Assembly: GCF_964204645.1 (NCBI RefSeq)
Contig: NC_134036.1
Coordinates: forward strand, 186,001-250,000
Source: Tubulanus polymorphus
Lineage: Eukaryota; Animalia; Nemertea
Direction: 5' to 3'
Length of the DNA: 64,000 nucleotides
The notes beneath the pieces were generated by a model. The model ran no database searches and was not told the DNA's origin. It saw only the letters and a list, made by a program, of their open reading frames with translations. Every line of letters starts with the position of its first letter. The stretch's first letter is position 1. Made by a program: the position numbers and the translations under genes. Positions 40,512 through 53,800 of this stretch are shown piece after piece.

Positions 40512-43500
40512 TGGAATCAAATAAAACTCTGACATAGCTGAGGAGCTGAACTAAGTCCAAAGTCGTATTGAAATGTAAAAATACGGGGTCCCTTTATTCT
40601 AGTTGAAAACACAATAAGTAGATGTTCTGCCCTACAGGTTGAAGATCTCTGTGAATCAGAGACGAATTTTTTCTGTGATGTTGGCGGTACAAGCTCATAT
40701 TACAGTTTATATACACGGAACAGATATGAATAAAATAGAGAATAATTTGTCACCTGAGGGATCGGGGAGGGGAGGGACAGGCCGGGAGGGGAGGGGGAAC
40801 AAACACCGGGTCATTAGTATCTAACATCAAAACGACTGCATCGAAATTACGAATTGAATCATAATCTTGTCCAACAAACTATCACAAAACTTTCATAGTG
40901 CTATTATTACACGGGGAACTAATTTGAAAATTCAATTTTGACTTTTCTTTTTTGAGTGGACTGGAATTTATAACTTGTAACCAGTAACTGACCGGTTTTT
41001 GAGAGTATGAATATTTTCGGGGTTGGCGATATTTTTAAGAACTGGTATTAAACTATTTTGACAGTGATGTACGACACATTTCCGGGGATTTGGGATAAAA
41101 ACTGGCGGTGGTTATTTTCTATTCGTTACGAGACTGAGTTATCTGGTTATATACGCTCCATTAATCATTTCGAAAGGAGACGGTTCTTGATTCGGCGTAA
41201 ACCAGTTTTTCCATGTTGTCACAAACCGATGCCGTTTCTCTCTCCGAGTGTGGAGACTGTATCGTCTCGGAGATACAGTATGTGTCTCGGTAACCGGGAT
41301 ATTTACATCGCGCGCAATAATCGGTGATCTGTTTGCCTTAACGTCATTTCGTGATGAACGACCCCACACCAAGATAATCCCGACACCAATCGAGAGAAAA
41401 ATTATATCGTAACCGAGGTAATAAATATCGAATTTTTAACGCATTTACGCGACATATTCATGTGTTAGAAATTGACCGCAAGGTGTCGCTAGAAAGATAC
41501 GATCAGGTTTTTAAACCAATCAGAACGTTGGATTTCATCAACTGGCCAATGAGCGTTCGCCATATTTCTAATGATAACATGATAACCATGTGATGAAATA
41601 TGCCGAGTCCGTGTTGTGAAAATACATTTTCAAGTTTGGTGGAAACATGAAGACGAATTATCTAAGAACAGCCACACTCGGAACTGTCCTAGCTTTTTAC
41701 TAATTACCGGAACCAGTGAGTAACTTGTTTTAACGCTATTAACCTGTGACGCTGAGTCTGAAGGCGACAGTCGCAGAGAGAGGAGTGAGAGAGGAGTGAG
41801 AGAGGAGTGAGAGAGGAGTACTCGACTTCATGCCGCACTCTGCGTGATCGCCTGAAACACCACACTCAACGTCACCGAGCTAATTACAACACACAACCGA
41901 CCGCGACTCCTCGCTCAATTATATCTGTTACTCACTTACCGCAGCAGGAATCAATTAATACCACTGTCGATTCGCTCATCTCCCCGAATACTCATTTAAT
42001 GGTCGTTTTGTGTTTTCACTCGGCGCGTCTCAGATTTGTGAAGAGCGACCTTTAATGGTGTATTGCAAAAATCCACTCTATACTTCCTTATATTCGATAA
42101 GCCCCGCCCTCTTCTTCTTATTGACCCTCTCCAGTTAGAGGGCGAACTTCGGTTATCATCGGAGTTTGTCGATTATTTTGTGAATGAAACGAATGCCAGA
42201 ACTATATAGTCTGGAAATAGTTGACCTCGGGATTGAGCGCGGTCGCTGTATTTTCGGACCTATTTCCAAGATGGCCAGTTATTAGTTCCGGCCACTAGTC
42301 GAGACTTACCACGAAAACCGAAGTTCGCCTAAAGATGTGTCCTGTAGGTGTGTGGCACCACTCCCTGTAGGTGTGTTAGCACCACTCCCTGTAATCTCCT
42401 GATAAACGTTGAAATTATAATGACAGGTCTTTATAAAACAAGAACTAAGTTTGTTGTCAGCCCTTCAGATATTCATACTGTGTTATAATGATCTCTCACC
42501 GTAACACAACACGAGCGTCTTTAGACCTTGGTAAATATACGATAGGAAAGTACTGTTTATGCATATTCATCCCCTGCTTCTTGTAATGGATTTCGGCCAA
42601 GTACTAATGTATATTTCCTGACAGATATTGATAAGGATAAACTGAGGAAATAGAGCCGGGAGTCCCAGGAAACCGACACGATTCTAGCTCAGCGTTATAT
42701 CATACTGTGGGCTAGTGAGAAATCTTGTTCCTTGCCCGTGGCTCTAGTTGTGGCTAATGTACTGAAAAATGTATGCATGTTACTGAGACTCAACGGAAAC
42801 TAACTCTCTCTCGTTCACCCGACAGATAACTGTCACACACAACACAACGCGTTACATTACTGAAACTAAACTTACATTGACTACAAGGTGTTTTAACAGC
42901 CAGGTCCGTATCAGGTCTGATGTCTCGGCATCAGCCTGGAGCCTGGGGCCGTCTTAGGACCGGTCTGAAGCCTGGGACCTTCTTGCAATCAGGGGCCTGG
43001 GACCTTCTTGCAATCAGGGGCCTGGTACTGTCTCAGTGTCAGGCTGGAGCCTGGGACGGTGTTAGTATCAGTGTGAAGTGTTTAAGCCCGAGTGAAGAAG
43101 GCAAGGCCGCCTGTGTTACTGCGCACTGCGGGACTGAGATGTGAAGGAGAATGCTGTTAATCAAAAGGAAATCTGGTGTCAATTGTGACACTTCAATTAT
43201 TAGTGTTCTCACAGTGAGTTATCGCCGCATTCACATAAACCTCCTCGAGGAGATATGAGGGTATGAATTACTGTCTCTAACTCCTCCTAGTCTCTCTGCG
43301 TCCACGCGGTGTATTACTGACATCTCAAATACTTTTAATATCGACCAATTAAATAACGTTTTACTAGGAAGAAAAACTAACGCCGATTTTGATTGGATGA
43401 TTAGCGCTCCTATTTTGACCAATCAGAGAATGTTTAACATAGAAATAACTAACACCGGTTTTGATTTGATAATAAGCTCTTGCATTTGGACCAATTGGAC

Positions 43501-46488
43501 CAATCAGAGATGGGTTTACATACAGAACGGTGCTGATTGGTTATCCCATTCGGATTTCAGCCAATCAGACAACGTTTCACATACGAACTTGTTCTAACTT
43601 CCGGCCAAAATGGATGTGTCATGATTTCTTATCGTCCGAAATTATTATTTTGGCAAAAGCATGTATTGACAGAGAAAGGAGAATAGAGATAAAGAACCGT
43701 TAAATTAAGTTTGTCATCGCTGTTTCGTGGTGACATTTAGTATTTTACAATCTCCTCTCTATTAAGCTATGATATTTAGCGACAACATCGAACTGTACGA
43801 AACCAATCACCATTAACTTCTACCGCTACTGATGTGTGTATTATATAAAACCAGGATGGTTTACAACTACGAGTCGGGCAGCGTTTAAACAGACTATCAC
43901 CAATAAAAACACTAACCGTGGAATCGTCGTTTCGCGAGGAAATTACCACCAATCACAATATTAACCAGCCAGTAAAAATGGCGCCTCGTATTGTACGGAA
44001 TGGATTGCAGGATGAATGGCTGGATGCCAGACTTACAAAAACACTTCCTTCCAAGCCATTATACCCTATTCTTAGTTTTGATGTCCGGCAATAACCAAAG
44101 CCTCGGTCACAAATTACTCCTTGTTAATAATAACTGGCCATAAATATAGAAACACAAACTCGCTGTCGATGATGCTGGACCACGAGTCCAGATCAGAGAT
44201 AAATCGTGCAAGCTATAACTGCTGCAAAGACTCATCCCTGATATTACCTAATATTCGCCTCATAAAATAAACAGTAAATGAATTTATCCTTTCGCGGTGG
44301 ATTCCTTAGGTATTTGCTGTCCAATCAACTATCGCTGTCTAGTAGATATTGTGTCGGATTATAGACAAACAAATAACGCGTAAAACCTTCATCAATGGTG
44401 ACCACTAATACAAAAGGTTTTCATGATGTAAATCTTCGGCACGAATTCTGAAGAATTCATGCATGCTATAGTTAATTGGACCTGGAAACTTGCCGTACAT
44501 ACATACGATCAAACGGGATATATGATCTACGAGAGAGGTCTGTGTTGTCGTGTAAATCACATGTTGTGTTTGCCTGGTCCAATATGGAGAAAAATGTAAA
44601 TGGCTGCAATATCAATTTTTGGCACCATTTACTCTAAAAAGTCCCTGATATATATAACACGTGCTCCATCCCTCAACTGAACTCCTGATTGGTTCTCACT
44701 GCCTCCTCCAGTAACTACAGATGCGTCGCTTGATTGAAAAAAATCTCACTATATTCGATTTGGATGCGATGTGACTTTCACCGGCTGCAGCAGTCAAACA
44801 CTCACCTGCCAGAGCCGCCGTTGTGCGTGTTGCCGGAAATCGGATAAATTCTCATTTAAAAGGTTTTTGATAAAATGGCGAGCGAGGTGAACTGTAACAG
44901 GAAATAGAGTAAAAATCTAGCGTAACTTGAGAGCACATTTCGAGAGAGAATAGTCTGCGGGTAAATCGTACAGTATATTCAATTATGTACTTGAATGTGA
45001 AATTTGCCTCATGATTCAATGATATATATCTCTGCGCTGCGCAGTTCGACATTTCAACATGACAAAATGTGAAACTGCCCTTGAAATAATTACTAAAAAC
45101 GTCGGCACAAATTCCGAATCAAATTTAACGCCAAAAACCTGTAACTTACTTCCCAGATATTCCTAAAATTTACACAATTAAGTTCACTATATCATTGTTT
45201 TAAAATAGGAAGGTTTTAATTGAAATTTCCAAGATTGTGTCACTGAATTTCTAGGAATTCTTAAAATCTTCACAGTTTAGTTTATGACTTAGAAATTTCA
45301 ATTCAATTGTTAACAGTAAAATAAATGATACTGACTGCGAAAAAAATTGATAATTGCGGAAAGATCGAGATATCGAATTGAGGAGAGATCGAGATATCGA
45401 ATTTAATGCGACTATTTTTCTATTCGCGGATACAGAGTCTACAGTGTAAAACCCACTCTCATGTCATCAGCATTTCGATGTCGTTTGTTAATGAGTCTAA
45501 TGTTGTTTGTCGATTTGTACAAACGACACACGACATACGACACATTTATTGACAAGCTGTCTCGCAGAGAGGCGCGATACATCATTCTGTGTGTGTAGTT
45601 TATAAACACATTTTCTCCGTTTGTCAACTGACTTTTTTAACAATCACTAACAACATGACACCGACCGCGGACGCCGCCGTATCTCGATGACTCCCCCGTC
45701 TCTTATTATAGGCATAATGATTAATTAACACGCACACCGCCAGGCGACACCACCAGACAGTGATTGACATAAAGTTTTAGAGAACTCTAGATATTGTCGG
45801 TGATAAGTAAAGAGTGATTGTTTTGAGAGTTCAATCGCTCAGTTGCACAGCTGTTATTCAATGATTCAAAACAGTCTTTTAGATTGACTATAGAACCAAG
45901 ATGTTCTAAGGCGGGTATCAGTTAGATTGACCCAAAATCAGCTTAGGCGGGTCCTCAATCTATACATTGTGCAACTGTTCCCTGACAATTTTCGGAACCG
46001 TCCCCGGAAACAATGCGCATTGGCGCGTTCATACGCCATCAGATGGCGTTATAAGATCCCCGATTCTTCAAGGTCGAGTGGATCCTACACGTCTAAACAC
46101 TGTCACTTACATAACTCATTACAGTAACAGCCATTTAAAAAAGTGCTCACAGAGACTTGATCATACTGGAGTCAGTAGTCTGCGTGAATCTCGCCGAGAG
46201 AGATTCATTCGCGTTTAAATAATTCATTTGAATGCATGAGTGACGACGCGCCTTATGGTTTCGACAGTAACCCAGTGACTCAATGCAATCCATCACAGTA
46301 CGCTCTGTCTGAACCGATATCGCGAGCGATCTGGTTGAATTGAAGCTTGTGTCAGAATCTTGACGTATTTCAGTCAGTTTTTAAACGTATTTGACAAAAA
46401 CCTGAATGAGATTTGAAATGTACAAGTTATCGTAGAAACTAATCAGGGATCTTGAAGAATATACGTAGTTGTAAAGAAATGGCCATAG

Positions 46489-46650
46489 AACCCAGTTCCA
46501 CAGTTGTTCCACCCAGAACCCAGTTCCACAGTTGAAACAGAACCCACCGCAGTTCCATGGTTGAACCGGAACCAATAGTTCCACAGTTGTTCCACCCAGA
46601 ACCCAGTTCCACAGTTCCACAGTTGAACTAGCATCCACAGTTGTTCCTCC
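46489..46650. repeat. Tandem repeats of a MITE-end motif (CCCAGTTCCACAGTT); related array at 52160-52260
   Basis: Repeated CCAGTTCCACAG units matching the MITE termini seen elsewhere in the window. Confidence 0.7.
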
Positions 46651-49600
46651 CAGTACCAAGTCAACTTACAACCAAACTTTCCACCAGTAACTAAATCTCG
46701 TGTGCGTCTAAAATCAGTTCTGGCAAATTATACCAAACGACAAGATTTTTCAGCTAGCAATCAGTAACGACACGATATACAATGTCGTCTGAATTGGCTG
46801 TAAATGATGCTGGGGATATTCTGAGATCTGCAGCTCCGTCGCGTATTGTCTTACAATACGCCGAACGTTAACGCTACTTGGAAACCCATTTATTTCAATA
46901 TCGCACGCAAATCACCAATTTGATGAAATACGATATAAAAAGGGACGCAGCAGCAGCAGCAGCAGCAGAGGCAGTTACTCGGCGACGATAGAACTTTACA
47001 AAGAAGAAGACAGAGATGACTCGGTTTGGGTTTCCATCCATCATTTTATTCAGTAGATCTATCATTGAAATCGTATCTTTATCGCCAATGGTTTTAATGG
47101 CTTCGTTTTATCCCGAGAATGATGATGATGATGATGATGACGGTGACGATGATATGTCTGCATCTTTTTCTCTCTCTGCCCGCCGCTCGGGAAAAGCATC
47201 AGACACGACTTAGAAATATTATAGACATATTAATCTATTTCCAAATCAAATGATTTCTTTTCATATATACCATTCAATAGTAAAAGTTGTTTAGGAATGC
47301 CACTATTGGGTCAATATGGTGTCATAACTCATTTGGTAGCGTCAAAAATGATGGTGTCCTCATTGAATATAAGTTAGATTTAAGTTAAACTTTGTATTAT
47401 TTAATCAAAAAATTACTATTAGTTTTTAAATCATTAAATTTTTTATCAAAACATATTTCAAGTAATCTTTACTGTTTACTGTTTACTGTAAACTTCACCA
47501 TTAGTTTCCTGTCCTTCACAGCAACTACCTACTTTTCGATATTTCTGCCCCTCTCATACGCGCGCTGTTGTTGGTCGATGGTTTACGGAGAGGTTAAAGA
47601 TACGTGCTCTAATTGCTTCCACATATAAACAAACTGTTCGTTGTTCGTATAATAATTAAATACGGTAAAGTGGGAGTTTTTTCTGCTTCGACCATCGTCG
47701 CAACAGGAAGTCCGGAAAATGGTAATGTTTTGCTAATGATGGCGTCGCCGTAGACCTGTGTGTAAACCAAACCGGAACTTTCGACCTTTCCAGTAGAGAT
47801 TGTGCGGTGGATAATCATGCTATTTACAGCCAAGCGGTAAAAGTCATACGTTAACAGAGCATGGACAGAGATGAGAGACGCGGTCATAGGCTAATAGTTT
47901 ATCTAGACCTGTGGAGAGACGACACGTGATTTATCGGCATCTTGTGTTGCCCGAAATTGGTTAAAGGTGACATTGAAAATATGAAGTGGCTTTTAAAATT
48001 CTGTCGTTCCTTCCATAAAACATTGAGGTTAAAGTGAAACCACTTTTGTCCAGACTTTAAAAAGTTGAAGAATTTTGCCAGAAAGCAGAACATTTGGATC
48101 AAATGATATTTTGGGGATTTGATCGCAAATCCCCACAATGATTTTGAATATTGCATCAATATTCTTTTTGAGACACCATGAGACATAATGACGCCATGTT
48201 GGACACATCGATTAAAAGACGTTTATAGAAGTAATATCTATTTTGTCTTAGTTCTCTATCAACAAAAAACTGTTGACTTCAACAAAACCTTCGACACATA
48301 ATGCATCTAATTATCGAGGTGTTTATTGTACTAACAGTTTGGTCGCATCGACAATTTGGTTTAGACCATATTTACACAAGGCCCCACAAACCATTTATCT
48401 TTGAGATTTTCGCTGATACAAGCAATTTCAGTCACTAAACAGTTTCCCATTAGTTCCTACCATCAGTCCTCGCCGGTTGGGATAATAGGAATTATGCAAA
48501 TGAGCAGCGACGGTTATTTCGCTTGTTTATTTGAACTGGGAGTTCAGACGGCGGTGACGCGGCCGAGCATCCGTAAGAATTACCGAAAGACACCGGAATA
48601 ATTATCGCTAGAACAGGAGTAATCAGCATGGCGACATTTGTTGGGATTCGGTGGAAAAAGTTACCACTCGATAAGTCTCAGTTCAACGACAGATGGCGCC
48701 TTCTGTAGTCGAGAGAGGTTGTGATTGGTTGCTTCGGTGAAAAAGCGACTTTGAAGGTGAAACTTAAGCAATTAAGGTTTGTTATGAAAAGAATATTTCA
48801 TAACTATCGCTTAGATAATGTCAAATGCTGCGCAAGAAGTTCTGAACGCTCGGACACCATATGGGCCTACAATAGCACTTCCGGCTAGGCGATATTGTCA
48901 TTACCATAGCAACAATGCTCGTCGAATTAACGCAAAATGACCACAAAGAACAGGACCAGAAATCCGCGCGCGATAGACATAGAGAGAACGCTTTTAACAG
49001 CTTATAACAAGATTGAGGATTAACTGGTGATCCACCGTCGGCACACTTCCTGATCAGTGGATCGTATCGTCACAGGCCACAAAACCCTGACTGTTTGTTT
49101 CACTCGGTAGACATTGAATGAAAAGAGAGGAAGGATTTTATAGAGAGACTAATCCGGATGACAACACAGCGTCGTGATTAGGCCAAGCAAAGTACGTTCA
49201 GCGTTGTACGCGTTGTAGACCGCTTTAGATGTTATGGGAAAGCGAGTCCAATTCGTGGAAGCTTTATTGCGGGAATTATCAAAGACATAGCAAGTAATGC
49301 ATGCTAGTATTAGGACGAGTAAACCCTGCCGATTGTGCCGCTTAGAAACTTAGAAACGACTTCTCTTTGCCTGGAGTGATCTTTGTTGCGGTTGCTGGGA
49401 ATCAACAGATTGCGATGAGGCCATAGTTACAACACATTCAGCACCGGTACAACTCAGCTGCGGCAAGCGAAAAAACCGTGTGGAGACAAAAAGGGGATAA
49501 GCTCAGAGAGATATAGCACTAGCGCAGACGGATGAAAGGTTTCTGAGAACCGCGACGTGTCTCAAGGATTACTATCAGTGTTACTAAACTGACGTGTCCG

Positions 49601-50227
49601 CTATTCGGGACGGGGAGGGGGGATGAGTGCGGAATAGATTTACAGATGTCCCAGATACAAATAAAAATTACACGAATGAATTCCCGTGAACAAAAACAGT
49701 AACCATTCCCTAAAATCCTAGGAAATAAGCACTTATTCCTTAGATTTATTGGTGCACTTTATTCCTAATATCCCGCTCCACACTATCCCTCAGCGTCGGT
49801 ACATATCTTAATTCTGGGTCGGACTGTCACTGACTGCAATTTAGGAAAATACCCTTCAAAGAAAGCGCGTTCTGGCTAAAAAAACAGAAACGGTGCAACC
49901 CTCAATTTTGGACCAAACTATGACTGACTATAATTTTGTAAATAGATACATGTCTTTAGATTTGGTACATGTTTCCGATATCCCCTCCGCCCTTGCTCTC
50001 CCTCCCCTCCCTCCCACGGCAGAGATAACTCAGAGTAGTTGTATTACTCAGACATCTATTATACACTTGACAGTGAACCGCAGTGAAGACGATATACACA
50101 GTATCAGGTTGACTACATGTAGAGACTAGATGAAGCCCTCGAGTGGTTGTTGAACGTCATACGGTAAATTAGCAGCAAACTGAATCTAATAATTATTTAC
50201 AAACCGTGCAGAGAATTTCATCATTAT

Positions 50228-50873
50228 AGTCTGAGACACTGAGACACTGAGAGTTTGAGACACTGAGAGTTTGAGACACTGAGAGTTTGAGAGTTTGAGA
50301 GACTGAGACTCTGAGAGTTTGAGAGTCTGAGACACTGAGAGTTTGAGAGTCTGAGACACTGAGAGTTTGAGAGTCTGAGACACTGAGAGTCTGAGAGTTT
50401 GAGAGTCTGAGACACTGAGAGTTTGAGAGTCTGAGACACTGAGAGTCTGAGAGTTTGAGAGTCTGAGACACTGAGAGTTTGAGAGTCTGAGACACTGAGA
50501 GTCTGAGAGTTTGAGAGACTGAGACACTGAGAGTTTGAGAGTCTGAGACACTGAGAGTTTGAGAGTCTGAGACACTGAGAGTTTGAGAGTCTGAGACACT
50601 GAGAGTCTGAGAGTTTGAGAGTCTGAGACACTGAGAGTTTGAGAGTCTGAGACACTGAGAGTCTGAGAGTTTGAGAGTCTGAGACACTGAGAGTTTGAGA
50701 GTCTGAGACACTGAGAGTCTGAGAGTTTGAGAGTCTGAGACACTGAGAGTTTGAGAGTCTGAGACACTGAGAGTCTGAGAGTTTGAGAGTCTGAGACACT
50801 GAGAGTTTGAGAGTCTGAGACACTGAGAGTCTGAGAGTTTGAGAGACTGGGAGTTTAAGAGACTGAGAGTCTG
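50228..50873. repeat. ~650-bp minisatellite of 8-bp variants (CTGAGAGT/TTGAGAGT/CTGAGACA)
   Basis: Nearly perfect array with 24- and 32-bp higher-order periods. Confidence 0.97.
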
Positions 50874-53800
50874 AAAGAGGGATTCTCTCAATATGGTACT
50901 CATCAATTCATATCCATTGGGATAATCTAGGCCCCTACACAAAACTCAACGGAAAAGTTCACCTAAATGAACTACCGATTTATAAATCCAAAATCCCGTC
51001 CTTCCTTGTCATCGGTCCACACAACAAAACTAACTCAAAACTAATCGTCAAATCATCTCTCATTTACTAGTAAATCCATTCATATTCTAACTGAAGTTTT
51101 TCAGAATTAAGAATTCTTAGATTATATTGCTTTGTAAAATATATCTTAACCTGTAGTTAAATTTACTTTTATTTTACAATAAATCTCTACTTGTTTGATG
51201 GAGAACAATTTGTGACATTTGGAGAAACTCGTATGAAACGCGTCTTGCTGAGACGGAAAACTCAGCCTCCGGCGGCGTCGAAACCGTAACCAGCTGAATT
51301 GATGGATGATATTTAGGATGAAATCTTGCTAGTTACAGCTTGCTTACTCGGCTGCTGCTGCTGCTGCGGTTGCTGAGACAGGAATATGACTCCATTAACT
51401 CGACATTATTCTCATTTTCTGGATGAAACCATCATTTTCTCTCCCCTCTATCTCTCTCTCTCTCTATCTCGTGATAAATCGTCGGGGATCATTATGCAAA
51501 TGCTTGTTATCAGTTTGAACATCGAATTTATTGCCGACAATTTCTGACGAATCGTTTAGTTTTTGTTCCCGTTATGGTTGGCTATTAGTTCCCACGTTTC
51601 CCGACAGATGTCGACTCTGTGTCTTGTCGCCTATGGCCCCGGGATCGAAACCGAGACAAGAGGCGGTTTTCTGATCACGAAAATTTCATCTTCAGAAATA
51701 ATACCAAAAACAGTTAGTGTATATTTAGGTCACTAGGTGGCGCAAACATGTCGTTGATCACGAGATTTGTCCGCTGTAAATAACCACCTCAATGACCTTC
51801 AGGTCTCGGAGACTGGAGAATGTAGTTTGTAGCGCTAGATTAGAGAGATGTTACTATAAATCAGACGGCCCGTTACCAACAGTCGGTTCATATAGGAATC
51901 GCATTATTTAAGATTTTAGTGTCAGTTGTTGCGGAGACCTGCGCGTCAAAACTACCGTTATTAACGACGTTTAGATGACGTAATTAATACGACAAACGAT
52001 GGATCCTTCGTGTATTTATATTCCGGCTCATCGCAGACGATAAATCCGTAACACGTGACCCGTATATGTAATACTGTTACATATAGTAGCAGCGGCAGCA
52101 GCAGCAGCAGCATAAGCATGATTGGGAAATTTTAGATGGATCGAAGTTTAATTTGACTGTGGACCCAGTTCCACGACTCTGAACCCAGTTCCACAGTTTT
52201 GGTGGGTTTGTTTTGACGTGGACCCAGTTCCACGACTCTGGACCAAGTTCCACAGTTCTGTGGGTTTAATATGATTCGGAATCCAGTATTCATAGTATTT
52301 AACAAAACCATGAATTATGAATTATGAACTTATTAGGGAACCCACGAATCTGCTCTGCAGTCGGACTTTTATTTTGGCTTTTTTGGTCTGCGGCCATTTT
52401 TTCATTCCCCGTCGGATTGCAACGAGCCATCAGTCATTCAGCAGATGACGCTAAAGTTATGTGTAGTAATAATATTGGCCATCCATCACACGGGACGATA
52501 ATGCCCCGTATCAGCTGAGCTGTGATGCTGGACAATAGCTGCAGCCGTATCAGCGACTGCCATAACGTCCTATCACTACACGATACATTGAGCACTGATG
52601 GACCGCGAGTAAATTATAGTTCCGTCTATTATCGCTAGGCGGCTTTGATAAAAATGACTGCGACGAAGAATTTGAATTGTGAATCAGTTGCTGAATTATC
52701 TGATGTTTAAATTAATCATGTTTTTCTGATGATAGGGTTTTAATTAGAACCCCGAAACGATGTCTCACTGCTCCCCCCCCCCCCCGAAGAGACTGCGCAC
52801 ACAAACTGGTCAGTATCCAGCATGAGGTAAGGGTTCATCCAATCGCGGTTTACCGGGTTCATTAAATTGGTTCTCGGAGTTCCTCACATACCATGAGCGT
52901 CTGGTTTAAGATAACCGGCGGATGCCATAGTAGCAACGAACTTTTAATCGTCATAATTTCAACTATCTACTGGTCAACTCCAACTGACCACCTTCTGAGT
53001 AACTGCACCGCCAGACCAGCATCACGTGGCAATCAGATAGACCTGGTTTTATACCGAGTAACATTTTTACAACCAATGCACATTGTACAACAACAAACTA
53101 ATGGCTCGATCTAATGAAAGTAAAGTTATAAATCGCTAGAATTGTATTTGTTCAACGTAGCGAACTAAATAGCAATCAAAACCCGCTGCAACCACTCGTA
53201 ACTGCAGCATCCGTATCATCCGTAAACACGTCACACGATTACAACGCTTCAACGATTCCTTAGAAACTGACGTTACGTCGAACAATAGACGAACGTTTGT
53301 TGAACGCGTGTTATCTCGACGTTAAAACGCTGGATAACGCTGGATGGACGGAAAACGACTGGGCGTCCAGCGATACTGTTCGTGACAAACTCTCAAATAT
53401 CGAAAATCTCATTTTCTCCGCCTTTTATGTTCTTTAGAAATTCAGGGTTGGTTTTTGGTGCAACGAAGTCCGTTGTGTTAAATGAGCCGTGATCTGATAG
53501 AAATCGCCGAACAGTTTGTGTGTAAATAAAGAAATTGTACGCTCTTATCGTGGACTGTGTTGAAACTGTTGCCATACGAACCGCGCGTAAAGTTCTGCAT
53601 TATTGATGACCACATTCAAATAGGCGCAAAACCGAACAGCGCGCACTGGGTTCAACTGTACCCTCTAAAATATACATATTCATTTTTAGAACAGAATGTC
53701 TCGAACGTTAGAGATAAGTTCAAGACGAAATTGTGCCCGAGTTGCATCTTTTTTGAGGTCAAAACTTCAGCCAGTAGCAGCTCGCGGTATCAAATTATGC

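Noticed and set aside
50186-50942. Three overlapping 193-249-aa ORFs (SVSQTLKL...)
   Set aside because: Products of a stop-free 8-bp minisatellite read in three frames, with no splice or domain support.
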